Shown: positions 1 through 10,829 of the stretch, one piece after another
How positions within the stretch are numbered: position 1 is the stretch's first letter
How the letters are laid out: each line of letters starts with the position of its first letter
Origin: Mobula birostris
Taxonomy: Eukaryota
Assembly: GCF_030028105.1 (NCBI RefSeq)
Contig: NC_092379.1
Coordinates: 21,367,309-21,431,308, forward strand
Length of the DNA stretch: 64,000 nucleotides
Reading direction: 5' to 3'
Notes under the pieces: generated by a model
The model's database searches: none
What the model was told of the DNA's origin: nothing
Seen by the model: the letters and a program-made list of their open reading frames with translations, nothing else
Program-made: the position numbers and the translations under genes

Positions 1-1799
1 CGGTGCGCTCTCTTCTTCAGACGGTTTCAGTTTTATCTTCACATCATCCCAGCATCAAGAATAGAAAGGCCGACACTCTCTTCCGACAGTTCGATGGATC
101 TGAGGACAATGCTGATCCACAGCCCATTCTTCCCCGCTCGTATATCGCTGCTCCGGCGATGTGGGGAATAGAGGCAGAGGTGAGGGCCGCCCAACAATCA
201 GATCCAGGCCCGGATGGGGGACCTCCCAACCGGCTGTTTGTCCCTGCTGCGGTGCGGTCCAAAGTGTTGGAATGAGGTCACTCCTCCCGTCTGGCTGGAC
301 ATCCGGGAATTCAACGAACTTAGGAGTTTACAAGGAGACAATTTTGGTGGCCATCTATTTCCCAGGATGTCCACGACTTTGTATCTGCCCATCACACTTG
401 TGTTGGAACAAAACATCATGCCAGCATCCTGCGGGTCTGTTATGTCCATTGCCTGTGCACCACAGCCCCTGGTCTCACCTCTCAGTAGATTTCATCACTG
501 GTCTGCCCCCGTCTAATGGAAACACCACCATTTTGCTCGTTGTGGATCGATATTCCAGGGCTGCCCAATTCATTGCCCTCCCCAAGCTCTCATCGGCTGG
601 TGACACTGCCACACTCACGGTTCAACATGTGTTCAGGCTCCATGGCTTTCCTCAAGACATAGCGTCTGATCGTGGACCACTTCCCTCTCTTGGAAGGCTT
701 TCTGCTGTCTTGTAGAAGCCACGGCCAGCCTCTCGTCTGGCTTCCACCCCCTTTCTAATGGCCAGATGGATAGAGTGCACCAGGATTTGGAGACAACCCT
801 GCGCTGTCTTGCCCCTTCCAACTCCACGTCCTAGAGCTCCCAATTAGAGATCGCCCGCAATAACCTCCAGTCGTCCTGCACCGCTATGTCTCCCTTTGAA
901 TGCCAGAAGGGATTCCAGTCCCCGCTCTTCCCTGATCATGAGATCGTCGTAGGAGTTCCTGCTGCTGAACAGCTGACCAGCGCTACCAGCGCACCTGGAG
1001 ACGAGCCAGGGCTTCTCTGCTGCGTGCCCAGCATTCTCGGCAGGCTGGTCGGCTCCGTCAATAAATAAGGCCAGTCAAGCCAGGAGAGGAGGTCTGGTTG
1101 GCATCAAGGGATCTCCCCCTAAAACTCAAGAACCGGAAGGTGGCTCCACGCTACGTGGGACCGCTTGTAGTGGAAAAGGCTATCAACAAGATTGCGTCTA
1201 CCAGCATCACTGAAGATCCAGTCAGTATTCCATATTTCCCAGCTCAAGCTGGTTACTACTTCTCCCCTGGCCCCAGTCACCCCACCTCCCCCTCCGGTAG
1301 ATGGTTCCCTTGTCTATACTGTGCGGCGCCTCCTAGCATCTCGCCGGGTACGTGGTAACGTCCAGTACCTTGTGAACTGAGACAGGTATGGCCCAGAAGA
1401 ACGTACATGGATCCTGGTGAAGGACATCTTGGACACGTCGCTGATCCGGCACTTCCGGCAGACACAGGTCTGTCGTGCCGCAAGGACCGCGCCCAGAGAG
1501 GGCGGCCCTGTCACCACCACGGAATTGGTAGCACAGCAGATACGGCAATTGTGCTTGTGAATATGCACGTGTCAGCTAATTATTATTTAATTGTGATAGT
1601 ATTTAACTCTATACTTGTCGTCGTAGTGCTTGTCGAGACTTGAACAGGGCACAACATTGCATTCGGTCTTCCCTGAGAAATTGGACTGTCGAGTCAACTG
1701 ACTCTGAAGACCAGTGGTGTTCGTTTAATGTTTTGCTATTAGGGAGCGAGAGAGCCTGTGGTATGTAAATTACAAACAAGTAGTGTTTGGAGTACGGCA
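1..1799 (+). mobile_element. 3' part of a degenerate chromodomain-type Gypsy LTR retrotransposon (integrase, chromodomain, PPT, 3' LTR)
   Basis: Integrase motifs [30 protein letters not shown]...[13 protein letters not shown] (ORF 161-715), KLKNRKVAPRYVGP (1098), chromodomain YTVRRLLASRRVRGNVQYLVN (~1315-1380). Purine tract 1495-1508 is followed by TG at 1509 (LTR start). The LTR end near 1799 is approximate. Frameshifts and stops throughout. Confidence 0.85.
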
Positions 1800-2065
1800 A
1801 GTCTGTGTCTTTAGCGATGCTTTGCTACATGCTTGCGTGTTCAGTGGAGGGTGCCAATGCTTTTTTGCTGGGGGCGGTGAGGGGGCGCGTTGCTTTTCTG
1901 CTGCTCGTGCATGGGAGGGGGGAGCTAGGGGTGCTTTCGGGTTCTAAATTTAACTCTCATTCATTCTTCGGGATACTTCTCTGTTTTCGTGGATGTTTTC
2001 AAAGAAAAAGAATTTCAGGATGTATATTGTATACATTTCTCTAATATTAAACATACCTATTAAAA
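1800..2065 (+). repeat. LINE 3'-UTR-like interspersed repeat fragment
   Basis: Ends in gaatttcaggatgtatattgtatacatttctctaatattaaa, a tail style I recognise from ray LINE 3' ends. No ORF. Confidence 0.4.
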
Positions 2066-2084
2066 ATGGTCCCTCAGATACGGT

Positions 2085-2760
2085 ATGAAATTAAATTAGG
2101 TTCGTTTATTGCCATGCACACCAGGGTGTAATCAAATTCCTTCTTCACGTGAAACTGATAGAGCTGCCAATACACATGATGATAGGAAATACATTTATAG
2201 GCAGAGAAACAGCACAATGCTACAAGGATTGTTGTGCAGTCTGAGGTAATGCCACAAAACAACACACTACAATGTCAGAAACAGAATGAACAAGAGAATG
2301 GTATGAGAACGTGGCAACACCACCAGGAAGGGGATGTGAAATAATTGATCCGCTCAGGAGACTGATATCAAGGGGAAAGGTTTTCTTCAGTCTGGATATT
2401 CGTGTTTTCCAGCTTCTCGACATTCTCCAGAATATAGAAGACTGAAAAGGGAATGGTCAGCATAGTATGCGTCTTTGACAACACCACGAGTCTTCCTGAG
2501 GCAATGCACCGTGAAGACTGACTGGATTGGAGGAATTAACAAGCCTCTGACGGACTAGGCTGTGTTCAGCACTGTCTTCGGGTTCAGACGGTCAAGAGCA
2601 GAGGAGTTGCCGTACAAGAGTGTGATGCAAGTGGTCGAGGTGCTTTCTACGCAAGTCTGTAGAAATTTGAGATTCCTGGCAGACATTCTAAATCTCCGAC
2701 ACGTAACAAAAGGAATATGCTAATGAGCTTTCTTGATCACATCATCAATGTGAAGGGACC
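2085..2760 (-). mobile_element. Rex1/Babar-clade LINE 3' fragment (paralog of 18800-19560)
   Basis: Reverse complement of 18800-19560, which encodes the Rex-type C-terminus (YGSCSALDHLNLKRVRNTAQSI...HSLFSLLP). Confidence 0.7.
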
Positions 2761-2859
2761 TGGTGAGGTTGCTGGTGAATTGGGTGCCGAGGAACTGGAA
2801 GCTGGTCGATGAGTTGGTGCTGTGCCTGGCCACACAATTCTGGGTCCACAGGGAGTCGA

Positions 2860-3780
2860 TCCAGAGAAATGGCGGACTTCAGGGGTTAGTGCTGTGCCAT
2901 CTGTTGTTTATCATCTGCATCAAAGATTTGGATAAGAATGTACAAGGCATCTTTAGTAAGTTTGTATATGACCTTAAAGTACGTAGCATAGTGAACTGCG
3001 AAGGAGATGATCGAAGCTTACAGGAGTATATTGATCAGCTGTGCAAATAGGCAGAGCAGAAGCAAATTATTTTTTTAGTTCAGATCAGTGTGAGGTGTTG
3101 CAATGCAGGATATTCATGGTAAATGACTGGGCCCTGGGAAATGTTGTGGAACAGAGGGACATTGGAATTCAAGCACATGGTTCACAGAGAGTGTTATCAG
3201 GGTTAGATAGGATGGTGAGGAATAGTTTTGGCCTGCTGGAATTATTTAGACAGAACAGTGATTCTAAATGTTGGGTGGTCATGGAGCAGTTGTACAAGGC
3301 ACTGGTGAGGCTGCACTTGAAGTACTGTGTTCATTTTATTCACCAAGCTGAAAGAAAGATATAATTATACTGGAAATAATGCAGAAAGGGTTTACAAGGA
3401 TGCTGTCAGGAGTCTACAGACTGAGTTATAGGGAGAACTTGGACAGGCGAAGGCTTTATTCCTTGGAGTGTAGGAGAACGAGGGGAGATTTGATGAAATC
3501 ATGAGGACGCAGCTGTGTTGAATCCACTCAGAATTTTACTTAAGATTGGTAAATTGAGAGCCAGAGGGCTTAGATTTCAGTTGAGAGGGCCAAGATTTAA
3601 TAGGTGCTTCAAGAAATTGTGGAAATATGGAATATGCTACCATAGGAACTGGTTGAGTTCAGTAAATAACAACTTTTCTAAGTTATTTGGACAGGCACAT
3701 GGAAAGGAACATTTTGGAGGGTTGTGGACCAAATACTGGGAAATGGGACTGGCTTCAATTGTCATTTTGGATGGCATGGA
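2860..3780 (+). mobile_element. Degenerate CR1 LINE, 3' RT region
   Basis: LFIICIKDLDKNVQGIFSKFVYD and LYKALVRLHLKYCVHF motifs (ORFs 2763, 3041), plus CR1-type 3' end. Confidence 0.8.
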
Positions 3781-3881
3781 TATTTTGTGCTAAATCCCTG
3801 CAGGATTCTATCAATGTACACTAAGGGCAATTTACATTGGTGAATTAATTCTTTAGTGTGTGGGAGGAAGTCACATTGCAA

Positions 3882-4317
3882 TGTGACATATTCACCTGAA
3901 GAGCTCCTGTCATCTCAGGATCTCCTGGCACAATAGACTCTTCCTGTTCATTGTTTCACCAGAACAATCCAGCAGCCCCTCTCTGTCTGTCTGTAACACT
4001 GACACCTAGTGGCTTGAGCTTGCTATCACAGCAGCCAGTTTGACCTAAACCACAATACCTTATTTCAGAGGTGTTCCTCTGACCCCTAGAGGTTACAGGT
4101 TGTTACTGCAAGGTACCAGATGCTTTCCATCAATTCAAATTCAATTCAGTCACAAGAGACTGCAGATGCTGGAATCCAGAGCAATGCGCAATCTGCTGGA
4201 GAAACACAGCGATTTCGGCAGCATTGATGGCTGAAAAGAAACTGCATCATGTCAGTACAAATTAACATCTAGGCTACCACAGGCAGAATGTAATCATCAC
4301 TGAAGCAAGATAAAACC
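3882..4317 (+). pseudogene. Copy 1 of duplicated V-segment-like pseudogene, with RSS-like remnant at 4278-4317
   Basis: Clear homology to copies at 13.5-14.2, 15.1-17.7, 47.5-47.9 and 48.2-48.6 kb. Translation CDIFT*RAPVISGSPGTIDSSC is FR1-like; later GVPLTP. cacaggc-24 bp-gataaaacc follows a SINE insert. The repeat is certain, the V identity is inference. Confidence 0.3.
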
Positions 4318-4764
4318 TGCTCAGATTGCATTACAGAGAAGAAAAATACTCTTAAACACCAGACAGACAATATCCATGGTGCATCAGTGGTGGAGGGAAT
4401 GAAGTGGAGTGTAGTTGGGCAGACAAAGTGTATCACCAAGTGTGCAAACTCATGAAATGCCAATGATCATGTCGACACTGCTGTAAAATAGCAAAAGTGG
4501 CAAAAAATGCTAAAGTTCAATCCCATGAATAAGAGTTCAGATCAAATCCATATTGAAACTACTGTCTAAAATCACGGGGTTGCTGCTGGCTGACTTAATC
4601 CAATTATTTATCATTGAAGGCTTTTCATGGACACAAATGAGCCACTGTACTCCTTAATAAAGAACAGGGGCTGATTCAAAAGACAGTCTGTTTCAGATTG
4701 GAAAGTGGGAGAGCAGAAAACAGTGAGACAGATAGTGTTGTATGAAGAACAAATGTTAAGCAGA

Positions 4765-5020
4765 CATGGCCACAATCACTATGAGGAAACTTTGGAGATG
4801 ATTCGAAATGTGACGAGGCCAATTCCATCATCAAGACTTCACTGGATCCCTGAAGAGTGGAGGAAACACAGGAGACCAAAGGCAATATGGCACCGTATCA
4901 CAGAGGCAGAAATGAGGACCCTGAACCATACCTGGGGCACAATGGAGAAGATGGCCAAGTACAGACAGAGATGGAGGACCTTCATTGCTGCCCTAAACAT
5001 CAGCAGCATAACGGGCAGTA
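4765..5020 (+). mobile_element. RTE-clade LINE 3' fragment
   Basis: LHWIPEEWRKHRRPKAIWHRITEAEMRTLNHTWGTMEKMAKYRQRWRTFIAAL (ORF 4705), typical RTE C-terminus. Confidence 0.75.
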
Positions 5021-5949
5021 AGCAAATGACCTTCAGTCCAAATTGTCATCTGAGTTACAACATGCAGAATGAAATAGTCACTGAGGGAAACTAACCACAT
5101 ATGTTGCAAATCATAGACAAACACATGAAAATAGATGACAGACAGTACCTATGGAGAGATAAACAAAGCAATATCTCAGGTCAAAACATTTCTCCAGACC
5201 TGAGGAAGTTGCAGTTTTAATAAAGGTCAAAATAAATTTATTATCAGAGTACATATATGTCACCATATCAAATTAAATCAAGTTTAATTATCATTCAACC
5301 ATACATGGATGCAGCTGAATGAGACACTGTTCCTCTGGGGCCAAGGTGCAAAACATAAGCACATTCAAGATAGTGAGAAAGAAAAAAATGAGTCACGCAA
5401 GAAAACACAATTTAAATTCAAGGCCCTGAGCGAAAATTCCAGCAAATTGGTGATTCCCAGTAACCTAACCTGTCATTCCTCTGATTGAACAGCAGAGGGC
5501 AGCACTGAAAGGCCAGCTTCAACGGAGCGCGGATGCCACACTACACCACCCTCACCTAGACTGCAACAGCAGGCAAGCCCGCAGCTTGAGTACTATTCCT
5601 CGCTAAAACTGATGCTACACTGCTACTTTCCTGTCTGTCTCACCACCAAAGAAGGGAAATAGGCTTGCGGAAACCAATGTTGAACAAGCTCTTGCGATCA
5701 CAAGGGAAACATTCAAGACAGTCACTCACGGTTTCACTGCATGTTGCCTTCGTGCCCCAGAGCCTTCAAGCAGACAACAGCAGAGTCTGCATCCAGGTCA
5801 TCTCCACTGAACCCAATCCAGCTCCTCCGATCCGCTGGCCTGCTCCTTCTCCGACCCACAGACCGGACCCTCCTTCTCCAAAACACTGGTCGGCTACTCT
5901 GAACAACGAGCAGCTCCATGATGTGATAGACCTGCTGTACCCAAAGCTG

Positions 5950-6530
5950 ATGGAGTCCAGTATAATCATATACAATCCCAAGATTCATTTTCATGCAGGT
6001 ATACTCAATAAATCTATAATAGAATAATAACCATAATACAATCAATGAAAGACCATACCAACCAGTGTACAAAAGAGAACACACTGTGCTAATACAAAAA
6101 GAAAGAAGTAACAATAATAAATAAACAGTAAATATCAAGAACATGAGATGAAGAGCCCTTGAAAGTGAGTCCACAGGTGGGGACTCATTCAATGATGGGG
6201 CAAGTGAGGTTGAGTGAATTTATCCCCTTTGGTTCACAGCCTGATGGTTGAGGGGTAATAGCTGTTCCTGAACCTGATGGTGTGAGTCCTGAGGCTTCTG
6301 TATGTTCTTCCTGATGGAAGCAGCAAGAAGACAGCATGTCCTGGGTGGTGGGGTTCATAATTATGGATGCAGCTTTCCTGCGACAGCATTTCATGCAGAT
6401 GTGTTCATTTGTGTGCAGGACTTCACCCGTAATGGATTGAGCCATATCCAATACCTTTTGTAGGATTTTCCATTCAAGGACATTGGTGTTTCCATACCAG
6501 TCTGTGATGCAGCCAGTCTGAGAGGATTTA
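5950..6530 (-). mobile_element. Rex1/Babar-type LINE 3' end and UTR
   Basis: MDMAQSITGEVLHTNEHICMKCCRRKAASII...HPGHAVFLLLPSGR pattern (ORF 6185-6451 and shifted frame); same family as 41.9 and 44.0 kb. Confidence 0.7.
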
Positions 6531-7249
6531 ATAGTTGAAAACCAAATAGAGTAGTAGAAAGAAATCTATCTCACTCTGATCTCCAATCTTCATGGAGAAG
6601 TAAAGACAATGTGGATAAACCCATACAGATGCTGTTGCTTGAATTTCCTAAACAAAATTAACTCAGCAGAAATAATCAATTCTCCAGAGACACTGATTAC
6701 ATTCTATGTCTCTGTGATAAAGTTTATTAATCTATTTTCGAATAATCAATAAACTTGGAAATGCTTTTCCACACCAGTTCCTTCTACTGTCCCTCCACTG
6801 TCCTTTAACTAGTTGGGACAGAGTCACCTCCTGTGATTGTTATCCAAAGCAACACTTACAATTGATTTTCTTCTCTGTCCCTGTAGAGATGGAGACATAG
6901 AATGAATCAGCAATGGAAAAAGTCTCTTCAGCCCAGAGTGCACACCAACCATCAACCACACGGTTACATTAATCTAATATTAATCACATTATTTAAGCTC
7001 TCCTCGCATTCTCATCAATGTACACCCCTGGATCACCAACCCTTCCCCCCTCCTTGCTACCTGCAGAACACTTCACCTGTACGCCGAGGGTGATTTGCAC
7101 CGGTCAGTTCACTGGCCCCAAGCATATCTTTGGGACATTGCAGAAACCCAGAGCACACTGGAAAATCAGGAGCAATCACATGGTCAATGTGCAAACTCCA
7201 CACAGATGCCACATTCTTGCTTTGAGGACCAAGATGATAACTCATCAGA

Positions 7250-7560
7250 AAAGACAGTCCTTGACACCATCTCTACATGACAGTATTACCATACTGTGTC
7301 AGAAATTATTGGGTCGATTCTTTTAGCCTATACACCCTACGAACTGCAGTGTCTCCATGCTGTGGTCAGGGACAATTAGAGACAGATAAAGAAATTGCTT
7401 GCCTTGGTGCTGTTGACAACATCTGGTGCAGGATAAGACTTTTGAAGGTCACTTTATCCTGGCAGTAAGTCATGGCCACTGGCTCTCCATGCAATTCCTT
7501 TGAATTTTGCTGCCATGGAGCTGATCCCAAGGACCACACAGAAATTCCTCAATCCGTAAC
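7250..7560 (+). pseudogene. Possible highly decayed Ig C1-set constant exon
   Basis: SITILC near the start. VQDKTFEGHFILAVSHGHW aligns with EQGWTFSARYFLTVSLQDW of the 8.7-kb exon, then FEFCCH in a shifted frame. Several stops and frameshifts. Confidence 0.3.
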
Positions 7561-8665
7561 CGATGTGACTCCAACCTCAGCCAGCGAGCTACTGAAACCA
7601 GACTATGCTTCTGTATTTTCAGGTCTGTCATCACTGAAATGTATGAATGGTCTTGCAACAACTATTCCCAAAACAAAGGTCCTCTCACAACTTGCCAGAG
7701 GACAGGTGACCCAAAACCTGATTAAAGAACTGTTTGATTCATTTATCATTTCCTATCAATCACTGATCGCTCTAGAACTGATGGACTTGCTGGCTCATTC
7801 CTGATGGTGATTCAGGTTCAGCTGTATTGCTGCAGGAGTCACAAACCAGCCAGACAAGATATGGATGATTGATTTCTTTCCCTGAGGAACAACAGCAAAC
7901 TGCATGGGTCTTATAACAGTACAAATCCTTTCACAGTCTATTTTTTATTCCAAAAACATTTATTATTGGAATTTCAACTACCTTGGGATTCAAACACATA
8001 AAACCAAATCATCAGTCTCTAACTTATGGATACACCCTGACCGTGGCTGCTCATTTCAAGTGAGACAGAGGCTTCAGTGTTTGTCAGCAAGAATGCTAAA
8101 ACCACAGGCACCAGCAGAAGTAGTGCAGGTGTATGAGTGAGCAGAGTTGAAAGAATACGATGTTGTCTGAAGCTCGTGTGGGTGGTGAAGGTTGCAGAGA
8201 TGAGGAGAGGCACAGCCACAGTGAGACTGGAATGTCGGGATGTGAAGTTATTAAACTGAGTGAATCCCAGGCTCAGCCCAGATGGAGAAAGGGATTCTCA
8301 TTGATTCACAGTGTTCACTGTTACTAATCAATGGCACTGAGTCTCCAAGCAAAGAATATACTGAGCTGTGTCTCTGCTGAGAAATCTGCATGATTCTCTG
8401 TCTCACAGAGCTCCGTCTCACAGTGAACCGATTGGTACAGTTATTAGAAAGGGATTCAAAACCTCGTTAGCACATCCTTTGTTCTGATTTTCTTTTCTCA
8501 ATCAAAATTAACAGGAATATGAGACACGTGATTCAGCCCTGGGTATTTCTGTTATTCTCTTTGCATTAAATGCAGCTGTCAAGTACTGATGATCTGCCTG
8601 GACCTAACACAACCAATGGAAATATCTCCAGTAAGATTCTGAGCATTTCCATTTCTAACCCACAG

Positions 8666-8966
8666 AATTGTCTGTCTTTATTCAAAATCTGACAGCCTCC
8701 ACCTCAGGAAGAGTCCAAGAATAGGAAAACAGCCACACTGGAGTGTGTGGTCTCTGGATTCTACGCAAACCAAATAAATGTCACCTGGGGGAAAGGCAGC
8801 ACCGTGATCACCTCCAACACCAGGGCTACACTGACCGCTCTGGAGCAGGGGTGGACTTTCAGTGCCAGATACTTCCTGACCGTGAGTTTACAGGATTGGA
8901 AGACAGAATCAGTCTTCAGCTGTACAGTGATTCATCTTCCCTCCAACACCCGTATCAAGAAGCAAG
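8666..8966 (+). pseudogene. Immunoglobulin heavy-chain constant (C1-set) pseudo-exon, IgW/IgNAR-like
   Basis: Acceptor aacccacag at 8665, donor CAAG|gtgggg at 8966. Translation QPPPQEESKNRKTATLECVVSGFYANQINVTW...TALEQGWTFSARYFLTVSLQDWKTESVFSCTVIHLPSNTRIKKQ has both Cys, the Trp and the CxVxH-type F strand. Length 301 bp (not 3n), so frameshifted near its 5' end. Confidence 0.88.
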
Positions 8967-10285
8967 GTGGGGTCCGGGAGCTCACCCCATTCATGAAATT
9001 GTTTACATTGAACTCCGAACTCTGCTGGGCCAGGACAATATTGAACTGTGGTGCAGCCCTGGTGTGATTATGTGAGTGAACTGATAATCCAGAAGAGTGG
9101 CCACAGATGTAATTGTATCTCTGAAAATACTCTCTTAGGTTGAGGATAATCCAGAGTATTTCACTGGCTAGTCATCTGGGAGATCCCTGATACTTGTCTT
9201 CAAAATACTCTCCCCCTCTGACATTGAACATAATCCCAGCCTCAGTTGTGACTGAATTTCCAGCAGAGCAGCTCTCCCTCTGCTCCTGTGTGGGAATAGT
9301 CAGCCTGGACAATGTGTAGAAGCCTCTGGAGGGCAGCTTGAACACACAACATTCTCACAAAGCAGCAGTTTTGTTACACTTTACTGAGAAAAAGATGCAT
9401 TGACATTTTTGTGTCTTTTCCAATATTTTTACTATTAATTTTACATATAAAAGTCCAGAGTGCAAGGAAAAAATATATATCAATGCATTATACTAAATCA
9501 CATATAAAGACTCCTTACCCTATATTCATACAGATTAATTAACTCATAATATTGAAATATAGTAATTTTATTATATAAAAAAATTGAACCCACTACCAAG
9601 ACCGAAGCTGATTAGTAAAGAAAAGAAGGGGAAAAAAATATCAGTCATCATCTGTGCTTTAACAGCAAATCAAAGGTTTTGAAAATAATTCAAAAGTGTC
9701 CCACAATGTTTGAAAGTCTTGGCTAGATTCAGAGATTGAACATAAAATCGTCTCTAAATTTAAACATCACATCACATCACGTAACCATTGAGCGTGAATG
9801 AGAGGGACGGCATCTTTCCAATTAAGCAAGATCGTCCTTCTGGCCATAAGAGAAATAAAAGCCAAAATGTGCCAGCCAAATATTGGTGTCAAAGTTATAG
9901 TTGTGATGTTAAGTTTTAAAATATATAACGTATTTGCTGAAATATTTTCATGTGAAATGTTCTCTCTGTTTTACTAACCACAGAGACTCTAAAATGCTGG
10001 TTGTTTTTTGTATTTGCTTTAATAAGTGGCTGGTAACAGTTAAAGTGACCATGAAACTACAAAAACAATGTAAGGGGCAATCTTGTTCATTTACGTTCCC
10101 TCAGGGTGTTCACCCTGTCGGCTCAATAGAGGAGATTCCTTTCCTCATCATTGTAGATAGGTCTCTTCTCTTCTTGATGGGACTGGCAAATCATTGAGTG
10201 GAGACAAACAGGAAGTGTTGGTCTTGTCAGTGACAAACTCGTCCATTTTGGAATGGTGAAGTAATAATTGTGATGTTTCTCCCAG

Positions 10286-10609
10286 ATGGCTGTTCAGATA
10301 CCCGCCCCTCTGTCACTTTAAGCAAACCTCCCTTCGAAGAGATCTGGACAAAGAGGACAGCGACCATTCTGTGTGAGGTGGTTCACAGTGATTTACAGGG
10401 ATTCAGTGTAACCTGGCAGGTGGATGGAAGCAAGAGGGAAGATGGGGTGTGGATTCTGGGTCCACACAGATGTTTGGAGATGGGAAATAAAGACCTATCG
10501 ACATGAGGTTTTTTAAGGTGATGCACACTCGGGAAGAAATGGGTGCCTTTGTATCTCTGGTGTCTGAACCCTTCCTGCATTAGTTCCAATAATCAGCTGT
10601 CAGCTAATG
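10286..10609 (+). pseudogene. Immunoglobulin heavy-chain constant (C1-set) pseudo-exon, IgW/IgNAR C4-like
   Basis: Acceptor ttctcccag at 10285. DGCSDTRPSVTLSKPPFEEIWTKRTATILCEVVHSDLQGFSVTWQVDGSKREDGV matches the KPPFEEIWT..TATI.CE domain type of shark IgNAR/IgW. After a frameshift KVMH...GAFVSLVSE (second Cys replaced by Ser). Donor position reads gctaatg|at instead of GT. Confidence 0.88.
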
Positions 10610-10829
10610 ATTCAAGAAATTAGCATAATTGGCTTTTTGACAAAGACGTGACAGTGCTAACCACTGATCAGACGTGATATCCGTGTCAAAGAAGTTGGAT
10701 CACTGTTTGAGGGCTCCTTGTCTCCATTATGTTTGCTGCTGCTCATCTGGTGCATGTGTGACACTAACTAAATGAAATGTACCATTGTTGGGAAATGGCA
10801 GCATCTATGGAAATGAATAAACAGTCAAC

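Noticed and set aside
4600-4690. cactgta with flanking T-rich and A-rich tracts as a possible D segment
   Set aside because: Nonamer matches are poor and there is no second heptamer. No D or J segment could be supported anywhere in the window.
5325-5360. cactgtt followed by WGQG codons (JH-like)
   Set aside because: Lies inside a LINE 3'-UTR-type repeat. Heptamer too close to the motif, no VTVSS and no splice donor.
8040-8260. SSAGV*VS resembling IgNAR C2 VSAGVVVSW
   Set aside because: Isolated short match without cysteines in the right spacing.
8217-8460. Perfect CACAGTG heptamers at ~8217 and ~8418
   Set aside because: No nonamer at 12- or 23-bp spacing; expected by chance in 64 kb.
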